This document shows positions 6,770 through 14,482 of a stretch of DNA of 14,482 bases, piece after piece. The translations under genes were made by a program, and so were the position numbers. This stretch comes from Candidatus Eiseniibacteriota bacterium (GTDB lineage Bacteria; Eisenbacteria; RBG-16-71-46; DASYSL01). Under the pieces are notes generated by a model. That model worked only from the letters and a program-made list of their open reading frames with translations, was not told the origin of the DNA and did no database searches. The stretch is from positions 1 to 14,482 of the forward strand of contig JBKJJJ010000131.1 of the NCBI GenBank assembly GCA_046598045.1. The letters are read 5' to 3'. Positions within the stretch are counted from its first letter, which is position 1. Every line of letters begins with the position of its first letter.

Positions 6770-8832
6770 TCGAACGTCTCCTTGTCGGACTTGACCACGA
6801 GGAACTTGCCGCGCTGGACGTTGCCCGACCCGTGGTCCTTGATCGAGAACAGGTAGAGGCCCGAGGCCACGGCCTGCCCGCGGTCGGTGATCAGGTTCCA
6901 GGCGTAAACCGTGCCCGAGAGCTGCGGCGGGTCGACGCCGATCTCGGTCGCCGGGTTGTAGAGACCACGCGTGCCCTGGCCCTGGTAGGTGTCACCGTCG
7001 AACTCGAACGTCTTCACCTGGTCGCCGGCGAGCGAGAAGATCCGGATCGTGCACTGGCGCGGCAGGTTCGCGAACCAGAGGTAGTGATCGCGCACCAGCT
7101 TCCCGGCGTCCCACGCGGCTTCGGCGTGGTACGGGTTCGGGAACACGGTCACCGCGCGGCCCGATGCCTGCGCGGACGAGGGCGCGGGCACGGCCAGCAC
7201 CTGGTTCTGGGTCAGCCCCGACTCGAGCGACTCGATCTGCTGGTCCCCCGTGTCGAATGACGTGACCGACGCGAAGTAGCGGAAGCCGGTCTTGAGCCCG
7301 ATGATGCGGTACTTGTAGTGGCACCAGATCCCGTTGACGAACTGCGAGTCGGGCAACGCAATCGCAGCAAATCCGGTGTTGAACCCGGACGTGTCCGCCT
7401 TGTCGAACTGCGCGACCTGCGTGAGGTCCCCCGAGGCCGTGCCGAGATAGACTCGGTAGCCCTCGAAGTCCTTGCCACCCGGAGCCGGGCTGGTCTTGTC
7501 GACGGTCCGCTCGGGGCTGTTGTCCCAGTACAGGTCGAGCGCACCCTCCGCGGGCACGACGGCGAGGCGCGGCGACGGCGGCGGCGTCGGGATCACGTAA
7601 TTGAAGTTGAACGCGAGCTGCGCGAACTTCGCGTTCTCCAGCAGGTCCTCGTAGCTGGTCCCGCCGACGAACGCGAAGTCCACCGTGATCGTCGAATCCG
7701 GCGCGAGCTGGTTGAATGGCCCGACCGCGAGGAAGTTCGTCGGGTCATTCGCGCGGCCCTCGGCGGCGAAGCCCGCCTGCAGGCTGTCCGCCGGCGTGAG
7801 CCGCCCGGTGGACATGATCGCGAAGCGCTCGGTGTCCTCATCGCGCGTGGTGTCGCCCGGCGCATAGTTCGCGATGAACAGCGTGACGCGCTTGTTCGCC
7901 ACCGTGTCGGGCCGCACGCCGAGCAACTGGATGCCGACCCAGGGCGGGACGATCTCGAACTGGCATGAGGCCTCGCCGCTCACGTAGCTCGAGCAGTAGT
8001 GCTCCCCCAGCAGGCGGGCCGTCGCGTCGTACTTGAGCACCTTCTTGTTGAACCAGCCGCCGAGCGTGCCGCCCGCGGCAGCGCTGGGCGGCCACGAGCT
8101 GTAGCCGGCCTTGTTGCCCGAGGCGAGCTCGGTGTAGAGCCCGACGTACAGGCTGTCGAGCGTGCGGCCCGCGTTCCTGATCTGGGTGTGGAGCGCGAGG
8201 AAATTCTTGAAGCGCGAGAACGACCAGTTGTAGGTCTCCTGGTGCACGCTCACGCCGAGCGGGAAGTGGTCCTCGCCCGCGGTCACCGTGGCCTTCGCCG
8301 GGAAGTCGTTGTAGTCGGTCACGAAGTCCTGCTCCGACACCGCGAGCGCGCTGAAGAACTTGTTGTTCTCCAGGCGCGAGCGCTCGACGATCGTGTTCCC
8401 CGCCGGCGAGAACTCGGTGGCCGAAGCGCTGGCGGTGCCCTGGGTGCCGTCGACCGCGCCGGTGGTCACGAGCGTGGCATGCGGCAACGCGTCGTTGTAG
8501 TCGCTGATGCCGCCGATCCACAGGCCGCCGCGCACCATGTGCTCGAAGCCGGCCCCGAGCGGGTACTCGAACGACGGCGAGCGCGACACGAAGTTATTTC
8601 CGAAGAATCCGTAATTCGAGATCGTGACCCCGACCAGGTTGTTGCTCGAGATCTTGACCTTGTAGGCCGGCGTGTCGGCGCTGGTCCGGGGCAAAGTCGA
8701 CTCCGTGCGCGCGCCGGCCGGCGGGTCGTGGCTGACCGCGTCCGCGGCATGCGCCGAACGCGCGGATGCGGCCGCGATCACGAGCGCGAGCGCGATGAGC
8801 TTCGAGGTGCCGGGGCGCGGTGCGGGGCTCAC
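6766..8832 (-). CDS. Secreted protein of unknown function, about 688 aa, with FN3-like domain and PNPY-type T9SS/FlgD-like CTD
   Basis: Likely start GTG 8832, 1 nt after the upstream TGA with AAGGA upstream; signal peptide ends AHA. N-domain motifs NYGFFG...SFEYP...GGLWIG...SEQD...PLGVSVHQETYNWS. FN3-like PPPSP...LYWD...DFEGYRVY...YFASVTSFD. CTD: VFPNPY...FANLP...IRIFSLAG...WNL...VASGLYLF...GKFLVVK. Confidence 0.85.
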   Translation of the reverse strand: MSPAPRPGTSKLIALALVIAAASARSAHAADAVSHDPPAGARTESTLPRTSADTPAYKVKISSNNLVGVTISNYGFFGNNFVSRSPSFEYPLGAGFEHMVRGGLWIGGISDYNDALPHATLVTTGAVDGTQGTASASATEFSPAGNTIVERSRLENNKFFSALAVSEQDFVTDYNDFPAKATVTAGEDHFPLGVSVHQETYNWSFSRFKNFLALHTQIRNAGRTLDSLYVGLYTELASGNKAGYSSWPPSAAAGGTLGGWFNKKVLKYDATARLLGEHYCSSYVSGEASCQFEIVPPWVGIQLLGVRPDTVANKRVTLFIANYAPGDTTRDEDTERFAIMSTGRLTPADSLQAGFAAEGRANDPTNFLAVGPFNQLAPDSTITVDFAFVGGTSYEDLLENAKFAQLAFNFNYVIPTPPPSPRLAVVPAEGALDLYWDNSPERTVDKTSPAPGGKDFEGYRVYLGTASGDLTQVAQFDKADTSGFNTGFAAIALPDSQFVNGIWCHYKYRIIGLKTGFRYFASVTSFDTGDQQIESLESGLTQNQVLAVPAPSSAQASGRAVTVFPNPYHAEAAWDAGKLVRDHYLWFANLPRQCTIRIFSLAGDQVKTFEFDGDTYQGQGTRGLYNPATEIGVDPPQLSGTVYAWNLITDRGQAVASGLYLFSIKDHGSGNVQRGKFLVVKSDKETFE

Positions 8833-8833
8833 G

Positions 8834-9901
8834 TCACTTCCTTCGCTTGTAGGAGGCAACCTTACCGGTCGCGTAGTCGGCTACGTACACCAGCGAGTCG
8901 TCGCACGATGCCGCGACGGGGACATGCAGCGAGTCGGCGTCGAGATCGAGCTCGATGTCGACGCGCTGGATGTACTCGCCCGTGCTGTCGAAGCGCAGGA
9001 TGCGCCGGTTGCCGGTGTCCACCACGTACATGAAGCCGAGCGCGTCCGCCACGAAATCCGCCGGGGCGGAGAACGTCGTCCCCGACGCCGCGCCATCGAT
9101 CGAGAGCGCGGGCAGCGGCAGGCCGTTGTTGATCTGGATGTCGAGCCGCTGCGCGACGTCCTTGCCCGTGTCGGCCACGTACAGGTGGTTGTCGTCCAGG
9201 ATCGGATCGACGAAGCAATCCCCAGGCTCGGACACCGTGCCCACGCCCTGGCCCTCGTCCACGAAGAACTGCGTGTCGCGCACGAAGCCCGAGGCCGCGA
9301 GGTAGCGATAGACGCGGCTCACGTACTTGTAGGTGCGGCGGCGCGTGTCCTGCGGGTCGTCGCGGATGAACTCCTTGCCGATCGCCGACACGTAGACATT
9401 GCCGGCCCGATCGGACGCGATCCCGCGCACCTCGGCGAACGCCGTGTCCTTGAGCGTGAACGTCGGCGCGCCGCCCGTGAGGCCGTAGATCAGGAAGCCC
9501 GGCGCCCTCGAGCCGTCGATCGCCGCGAGCGTGGTGTCGCCCGCGTCCAGCACGTAGAGCTTGCCCGGGGCCTGGCAGATGCGGATCGGCTTGAACAGGC
9601 CGGCGAACGCGTACGACAAAGGGGGCGTGGTGCCGTCGCCGCGGAAGAAGCGCGGGAACGCGCGCACGTTCGCCGAGTCGAAGACGACGTAGAGCGTGCT
9701 GCCGGTGCCGCGCGTGAGCAGGACGTCGGTGATGCGCGTCAGGCCGCGCACGCTCCCGGTGTAGGCGTAGCTGCCCTTCTCGGGAATCACGCCGCCCGGC
9801 GTCTCGGTCGGCAGGAAGAACTTGTTCCCGCAGCCGGCCGTGGCGAGCGCGAGCAGGGCGGACGCGCCGAGCAGCCCCAGGGAGACGCGGAGCACGCGCA
9901 T
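8834..9901 (-). CDS. NHL-repeat / beta-propeller lipoprotein, 355 aa
   Basis: Lipobox TAGC. NHL-like blades: PIRICQAPGKLYVLD, GIASDRAGNVYV, PGDCFVD...LYVADTG, PADFVADALGFMYVVDTGNRRILRFD, PVAASCDDSLVYVADY. Start overlaps the upstream stop (TGATG). Confidence 0.88.
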   Translation of the reverse strand: MRVLRVSLGLLGASALLALATAGCGNKFFLPTETPGGVIPEKGSYAYTGSVRGLTRITDVLLTRGTGSTLYVVFDSANVRAFPRFFRGDGTTPPLSYAFAGLFKPIRICQAPGKLYVLDAGDTTLAAIDGSRAPGFLIYGLTGGAPTFTLKDTAFAEVRGIASDRAGNVYVSAIGKEFIRDDPQDTRRRTYKYVSRVYRYLAASGFVRDTQFFVDEGQGVGTVSEPGDCFVDPILDDNHLYVADTGKDVAQRLDIQINNGLPLPALSIDGAASGTTFSAPADFVADALGFMYVVDTGNRRILRFDSTGEYIQRVDIELDLDADSLHVPVAASCDDSLVYVADYATGKVASYKRRK

Positions 9902-10905
9902 CAGAAGCGCACCCCGAGCGTGATCCGGTGCACGGCGCCGAGCGCGCCGCCGTCGGTGAACGCGTAGTCGAGCGTGCCGCGCGTGGTGCCGAACGTCGGG
10001 TAGAACCCCGCGCCGGCCGAGAGTTTCAGCTCGTCGGCATTGACGTTGTAGCCGGTGCGCACCGCGAAGCGGCGGTCGATCTCATACTCGAGGCCGCCCT
10101 TCGCGACGAGCTGGTTGTCCGAGGGCTGGTCGAACTCGATCGAGGTCGTCAGGCGCTGGGTCTCGCGCTCGATCGGCTCCCAGGCGACGCCGAAGCGGAA
10201 CGTCGTCGGCGGGCTGAAGTTGTCGTAGGAGCGCACCTCGCCGGTGGCCGAGGTGAACTGGCCGCTGGGCTTGAAATCCGGGCCGAAGTGCGACAACGCC
10301 ATGCCGATGCGTACGCTCGAGATGCCGAGGTAGTAGATCGAGCCGATGTCGACCAGCCAGGTGTTCAGGGCCGGGCCGCCGACGTCGGTGCCGAAGTCCT
10401 CGTGCACGATCTTGCCGCCGACGCCGATCAGCAGGCGGTCGGTCAGGCGGCGGCCGTAGGTCACGCCCGCGTCCCAGTCCGAGTAGGTCAGCGTCTGCCC
10501 GGTGCCGAAGGGCTGGTCCTCGGTGGTCTGCGCGATGTCGGTGTGGAGCAGACCGAACTGCACCCCCACCGAGCCGCCGAGCTTGCGGCTCGGCATGATG
10601 TAGGCGATGTGCTCGTAGCCGATGTTCGCCGGCCACTCGGTGTGGCTGACGGCGACCTCGGTGCGGATCAGCGACGCCACGCCGGCGGCGTTCCAGTAGA
10701 TCGTCGAAGGGTCGTTCGCCACGGCGACGAACGCCTCGCCCATGCCCACGGCGCGCGCGCCGAGGCCGATCTTCAGGAAGTTGCCGCCCGAGGTCCCGAC
10801 GCGCTGGCTGCCGACGCCCTGCGCGAACGCTCCGCCGCTCGCGCCGAGCGTGAGCAGGAGGACGAGGCCGGCGAGCAAACCCTGGCGCGAGTGCCTAGAA
10901 ATCAT
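9901..10905 (-). CDS. PorV/PorQ-family (UPF0164, FadL-like) outer-membrane beta-barrel, 334 aa
   Basis: Start reassigned to ATG 10905 (GGAG 6 nt upstream; signal peptide MISRHSRQGLLAGLVLLL...AFA). Family N-terminal signature GTSGGNFLKIGLGARAVGMGEAFVAVANDPSTIYWNAAG. Amphipathic strands and a C-terminal beta-signal HRITLGVRF. Confidence 0.9.
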   Translation of the reverse strand: MISRHSRQGLLAGLVLLLTLGASGGAFAQGVGSQRVGTSGGNFLKIGLGARAVGMGEAFVAVANDPSTIYWNAAGVASLIRTEVAVSHTEWPANIGYEHIAYIMPSRKLGGSVGVQFGLLHTDIAQTTEDQPFGTGQTLTYSDWDAGVTYGRRLTDRLLIGVGGKIVHEDFGTDVGGPALNTWLVDIGSIYYLGISSVRIGMALSHFGPDFKPSGQFTSATGEVRSYDNFSPPTTFRFGVAWEPIERETQRLTTSIEFDQPSDNQLVAKGGLEYEIDRRFAVRTGYNVNADELKLSAGAGFYPTFGTTRGTLDYAFTDGGALGAVHRITLGVRF

Positions 10906-13678
10906 AGTCGACTCCCAGGCGCAGGCGCAGTGGCTGGCCGTAGTACGCGGGGTTCGAGAGCACGGAGTTGCGGTCGAACTGCGTCGGGTTGACGTACTGC
11001 CCCTCGCCCGCCTTCGGCGCCTTGCCGGTCGACGGATCGACGCGCTTGACCACCGTCCAGTCGAGGATGTTCTCGCCCACGAGGTAGAAGTTGAACGTCT
11101 TCTTCTGTCCCACCTTGATTTCCTGGTTGATGCGCGCGTTGAACACCGCCTCGAGCGGGCCGTTCTTGGAGTATACGCGACCGGTGGCGTTGCCGGCGGC
11201 ATCCTGCGGGGTGTACGCCTTGCCCGACTGGATGGTCCCGAACAGGTTGAACCCGAATCCGTGCGGCACCGTCACGCCGAGCACTTTCGGCCGGTCGACG
11301 CTGCGGCCGACGCGGAAATCGCCGTTCATGGTCAGCTTGTGCGGACGGTTCCAGAACAGGTAGCCCTCGGACAGCGGCGGCTCGGTCGCATCGCCGCCGC
11401 CTTCCTCGACGATCTTCGCGGCGTTCGGGTCGCTCGACTTGCCCTTCGCGACCGAGAACTCGTACGAGGCCTTCCAGCTCAGGTACTTGCCGCGCGGCTG
11501 CTCATACTCGAGCTCGAAGCCGCGCGCGCGGCTGAAGTCCGAGTTCAGGTACACGAAGAAGTCCGAGATCACCGTGCCCTCCTGGCGGCGGAAGCGCACG
11601 GACGTCGGGTAGTCGTAGATGTCCTTCTGGAAGAGCGAGATCTTCGCCGCGGCGCTGCTGGCGAACAGGTGCTGCGCGCCGACCTCGAACTGCACCGACT
11701 TCTCGGGATTGAGGTTTGCATTCCCGAGCACCGGGAACGACGCCGACGATACCGACGTGAGCTTCGAGTAGACGAAGATGTAGGACGGGAACTGCGTGAA
11801 TTGTCCGAAGTTGAAGAAGAACTTGTCGCGGTTCTGGATCGGGTGCGAGACCGACACGCGCGGCGAGAACACGGCCTTGACGCGGTGCCCGAACAACGAC
11901 CCGGTGTCGCGATTGAACGCCTCGCGCGTGGCGACGCTGACGTTGCCGTTCGTCGAGTCGGCCACCGCGCGCTCGAGCTGCGCGCCCGGGAACCAGTAGT
12001 CGACGCGCGCGCCGCCCTCGGCGACGAAGCCCTCGAACTCGAGCCGGTCGGACGCGTAGAGCGCGCCCATGTCCGGATAAACGTGCCACAGGTCGTGGTC
12101 CCTGCCGAGCCCGTCGGGATCGAACACCCACGGGTCGAGGATGTCGACGTACTGCACGTTCTGCAGGGTGTTGAGGAACCCGAACTCGGTCTTGTGGATC
12201 CTGCCCAGGTTCATGCCGAGCTTGTAGTCGGTGCTGAAGCTCTCGGACCAGTAGTTCGCCCACTCGTTGTTGTCGCCCGAGTCGATGTAGTAGGGGCGGT
12301 TCTGGCCGGGCGGCAACGCGAGGTCGTCGGGCTGCTCGTAATCGGTCCAGCGCTTGCCGTTGACCGCGGACTCCTGCGCGTTGAACGAGCGCGAGACCTG
12401 CAGCGAGTGATAGGCGTTCTTGCTGATCGTGTGCGTCAGCGTGAGTGCGAGCGAGCTGACATCGTCGGTCACCGTGTTGGCGTGCTCGAGGCGGTCCTTG
12501 AAGATCCAGGGATACGGGATCGCCTGCCCGGCGATGTCGCTGATCGGCCGCCGGAAGAAGCCCTGGTCGAACGAGAGCCGCTTGCTGTAGCCGAAGTCCA
12601 CCTTGTTCTTGCCGTCGGGCTTCCATGTCCACTTGTAGAGGCCGCGCCAGGTGTTGTCCTCGGACGGCATGAAGAGCTTCGGCGAGTACACGAACTTGTG
12701 GCCGAGGAACGAGTCCTCGTAGCCGGACCTGAGCCGCGGGTGGAACGGCTGGTCCTGGATGCTCGGCAAGTAGGTGTTCGAGAAGTCGGTCGAAATGTCG
12801 ATCAGGAACGCGGCCTCGCCGGGCAGGTGGATGCCGAGCCGCCCGAGGCCGCCCTGCAGCCAGTCCGGACCCGAGACCACGCCATTGTAGTACTGCGTGA
12901 ACCAACTGCCGCCCTGCGCCGAGAACCCGCCCTCGAAGCGCTGGCCGCCCTCCTTGAGCTTGACGTCGACGATGCCCGAGAGCGCCTGCCCGTAGCGCGC
13001 CGAGAAACCCGAGGCGATGACGTTGACCTCGGCGACCGAGCGCGCGTTGATGCTGCCGGCGGTGCTCTGCCCCGAGATCGGGTCCCGGCTGGTCACGCCG
13101 TCGATTATGAACGTGGTCTCGTCGGCCCGGCCGCCGCGGACCCGGATCTGGTTGTTCTCGCTCGAGACACCGGCCTGCTGGGCGACGACGTCCTGCAGGT
13201 TCTGGAGACCCTTGTTCTGGATTTCCGCGGCGGTGACCGTGCGGATCGTCCCGCCCTCCTTGACGTTGACCAGGGCGCGGGCCCCCGTGACGAGGACGGT
13301 CTCCTCCTGCTTCACGATGATCTCGGTCATCGCAATCTTGACCGGGGCCACGCCACCCGCGGTCACCACCACGGCGGCAACCGTCTCCGGGCCGTAGCCG
13401 GTGAACTGCGCCCTCAGGCTGTAGGTGCCGGGCGGCACGTTGCCGATCAGGAACTCGCCCTTGGAGTCCGACAGCGCGCCGGTCTTGGCCTCGGGCACCG
13501 CGATGTTGACGAACGCGATCGCGCGCCCCGTCTTCTTGTCGGTCACGGTGCCGGAGATGCGGCCGGTCTGGCCCTGTGCGAGCGCGGCCCCGGCGCAAGC
13601 GGCGAGGAGGCCGCAGGCGAGCAGGGCGCAGGCAAGGCTCAGCCGAAGATGTCGAGGCCGGTTGGGACGAATGGTCAC
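10895..13678 (-). CDS. TonB-dependent outer-membrane receptor with N-terminal carboxypeptidase-regulatory-like (NTE) domain, about 927 aa
   Basis: Probable start GTG 13678 (no clear SD, so uncertain) gives a signal peptide ending ALA-Q. NTE: GRISGTVTDKKTG...GALSDSKGEFLIGNVPPGTYSL...GY. TonB-box-like EETVLVTG. Plug: VRGGRADETTFIIDGV. Barrel motif GNANLNPEKSVQFEVG. C-terminal PLRLRLGVDYDF. Confidence 0.93.
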   Translation of the reverse strand: MTIRPNRPRHLRLSLACALLACGLLAACAGAALAQGQTGRISGTVTDKKTGRAIAFVNIAVPEAKTGALSDSKGEFLIGNVPPGTYSLRAQFTGYGPETVAAVVVTAGGVAPVKIAMTEIIVKQEETVLVTGARALVNVKEGGTIRTVTAAEIQNKGLQNLQDVVAQQAGVSSENNQIRVRGGRADETTFIIDGVTSRDPISGQSTAGSINARSVAEVNVIASGFSARYGQALSGIVDVKLKEGGQRFEGGFSAQGGSWFTQYYNGVVSGPDWLQGGLGRLGIHLPGEAAFLIDISTDFSNTYLPSIQDQPFHPRLRSGYEDSFLGHKFVYSPKLFMPSEDNTWRGLYKWTWKPDGKNKVDFGYSKRLSFDQGFFRRPISDIAGQAIPYPWIFKDRLEHANTVTDDVSSLALTLTHTISKNAYHSLQVSRSFNAQESAVNGKRWTDYEQPDDLALPPGQNRPYYIDSGDNNEWANYWSESFSTDYKLGMNLGRIHKTEFGFLNTLQNVQYVDILDPWVFDPDGLGRDHDLWHVYPDMGALYASDRLEFEGFVAEGGARVDYWFPGAQLERAVADSTNGNVSVATREAFNRDTGSLFGHRVKAVFSPRVSVSHPIQNRDKFFFNFGQFTQFPSYIFVYSKLTSVSSASFPVLGNANLNPEKSVQFEVGAQHLFASSAAAKISLFQKDIYDYPTSVRFRRQEGTVISDFFVYLNSDFSRARGFELEYEQPRGKYLSWKASYEFSVAKGKSSDPNAAKIVEEGGGDATEPPLSEGYLFWNRPHKLTMNGDFRVGRSVDRPKVLGVTVPHGFGFNLFGTIQSGKAYTPQDAAGNATGRVYSKNGPLEAVFNARINQEIKVGQKKTFNFYLVGENILDWTVVKRVDPSTGKAPKAGEGQYVNPTQFDRNSVLSNPAYYGQPLRLRLGVDYDF

Positions 13679-13797
13679 ACCAGTTGAGAAAGGTCCGATC
13701 CTACAGCAAAAAGGGAACTTAGCTGTTCTTCCGAGCCGCGCGAGGTTCGCAGTCCCGGACCTCCGAGTCAAGGCGAAATCGGGCGCTCCGCAATCTC

Positions 13798-13827
13798 TTG
13801 ACCGTTTGGGCTCCCGCGCTCCACCTT
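13798..13827 (+). promoter_or_regulatory. Possible sigma70 promoter for argH (leaderless geometry)
   Basis: TTGACC (13798-13803), 18 nt, CACCTT (13822-13827), 7 nt, ATG. No Shine-Dalgarno before the ATG. The -10 is imperfect. Confidence 0.45.
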
Positions 13828-13834
13828 GCACCCC

Positions 13835-14482
13835 ATGACGACCGACCCGTTGTGGAAAGGCCGCATCGCCGGCGCCCCCGACCCCGCCTTCTTCGCGTTC
13901 CAACGATCGCTTCCCTACGATGCCCGTCTGCTGCCGCAGGACCTCGCGGTCAACACCGCCTGGGCGCGCGCGCTCGGGCGCGCCGGGCTGCTCACCCTGG
14001 AGGAATCGGCCCGGCTCGTCGCCGCGCTCGAGGAGGTCTTACGCGCGCTCTCCCCGGCCGACGCCTCACGCCGGGACGAGGAGGACGTGCACACGCTGGT
14101 CGAGGCCGAGCTGACCGCGCGCGTGGGCGACCTCGGCAAGAAGATCCACCGCGGCAAGAGCCGGAACGACCAGGTGGCGACCGATCTCAGGCTGTGGGCC
14201 GCCGAGGCGGCGGAGACCCTCGCGCACGATGCACGGGTCCTCGCGAAGGCGCTGGTCGAGCGCGCGGCGGATTGGCTCGCGGCCGGCCATGTGCTGCCCG
14301 GCTACACGCACCTCCAGCAGGCCGAGCCCATTCTCGCCGCGCACTGGGCGCTCGCGCACGTCGAGGCACTGCGGCGCGACGCCCGGCGCCTCGGGCAGGT
14401 GCGGGAGGCTGCGCTCGCGGCCTGCCCGCTGGGCTCGGCCGCGCTGTCGGGCACGCCGGCCTCGATCGATCGCGCGGCGCTC
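13835..14482 (+). CDS. argH: Argininosuccinate lyase, N-terminal part (runs off the right edge)
   Basis: Manual translation: MTTDPLWKGRIAG...SLPYDARL...EEDVHTLVEAELTARVGDLGKKIHRGKSRNDQVATDLRLW...LPGYTHLQQAEP...CPLGSAALSGT. It carries the ArgH signatures LWxGR, EDVH, SRNDQVATD, PGYTHLQ and PLGSxAL. Confidence 0.96.
   Translation, partial: MTTDPLWKGRIAGAPDPAFFAFQRSLPYDARLLPQDLAVNTAWARALGRAGLLTLEESARLVAALEEVLRALSPADASRRDEEDVHTLVEAELTARVGDLGKKIHRGKSRNDQVATDLRLWAAEAAETLAHDARVLAKALVERAADWLAAGHVLPGYTHLQQAEPILAAHWALAHVEALRRDARRLGQVREAALAACPLGSAALSGTPASIDRAAL

Noticed and set aside
912..13598. Long alternative-frame minus-strand ORFs (912..2825, 5946..6698, 7838..8521, 11502..13598)
   Set aside because: Arg/Pro-rich, low-information translations nested inside well-supported genes. 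Stop codons are simply rare at this GC content.
13595..13625. LAAC lipobox-like motif in the receptor signal peptide
   Set aside because: It is followed by AGAALA-Q, a better signal peptidase I site directly before the NTE domain. Lipidation cannot be excluded without SignalP.
230..13687. Long plus-strand ORFs (230..2896, 3007..5154, 5183..6856, 8672..9967, 9928..10992, 10742..13687)
   Set aside because: They mirror the real minus-strand genes, are mostly Arg/Gly/Val/Ala-rich and have no recognisable motifs. This is typical of antisense shadow ORFs caused by high-GC codon bias.
1..14482. Mobile element or genomic island
   Set aside because: No integrase, transposase, tRNA or flanking direct repeats were seen, and there is no obvious compositional break beyond ordinary intergenic AT enrichment.

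Overview
High-GC bacterial window. The protein style (PorV-family barrel, FlgD/T9SS-like C-terminal domains) suggests an FCB-superphylum organism such as a Ca. Eisenbacteria-like lineage, but this is inference. Two housekeeping genes, both cut by the window edges and absent from the ORF track, bracket the window: recQ (minus, 1..322) and argH (plus, 13835..end). Between them is a seven-gene minus-strand cluster of exported proteins. The first five form a translationally coupled block: TonB-dependent receptor, PorV/PorQ(UPF0164)-family beta-barrel, NHL beta-propeller lipoprotein, a secreted protein with a T9SS/FlgD-like CTD, and an Ig-repeat lipoprotein. After a near-consensus sigma70 promoter comes a secreted protein built from tandem YhcR/ExeM-like OB-fold modules with no visible catalytic domain. 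After a hairpin-rich spacer comes a secreted OB-fold + FN3 + double-HKD (Nuc-like PLD) protein with a CTD. Best hypothesis: a SusD-less, PorV-associated locus for capturing, cutting and importing extracellular nucleic acid. Domain calls rest on motif recognition by eye; no searches were run.
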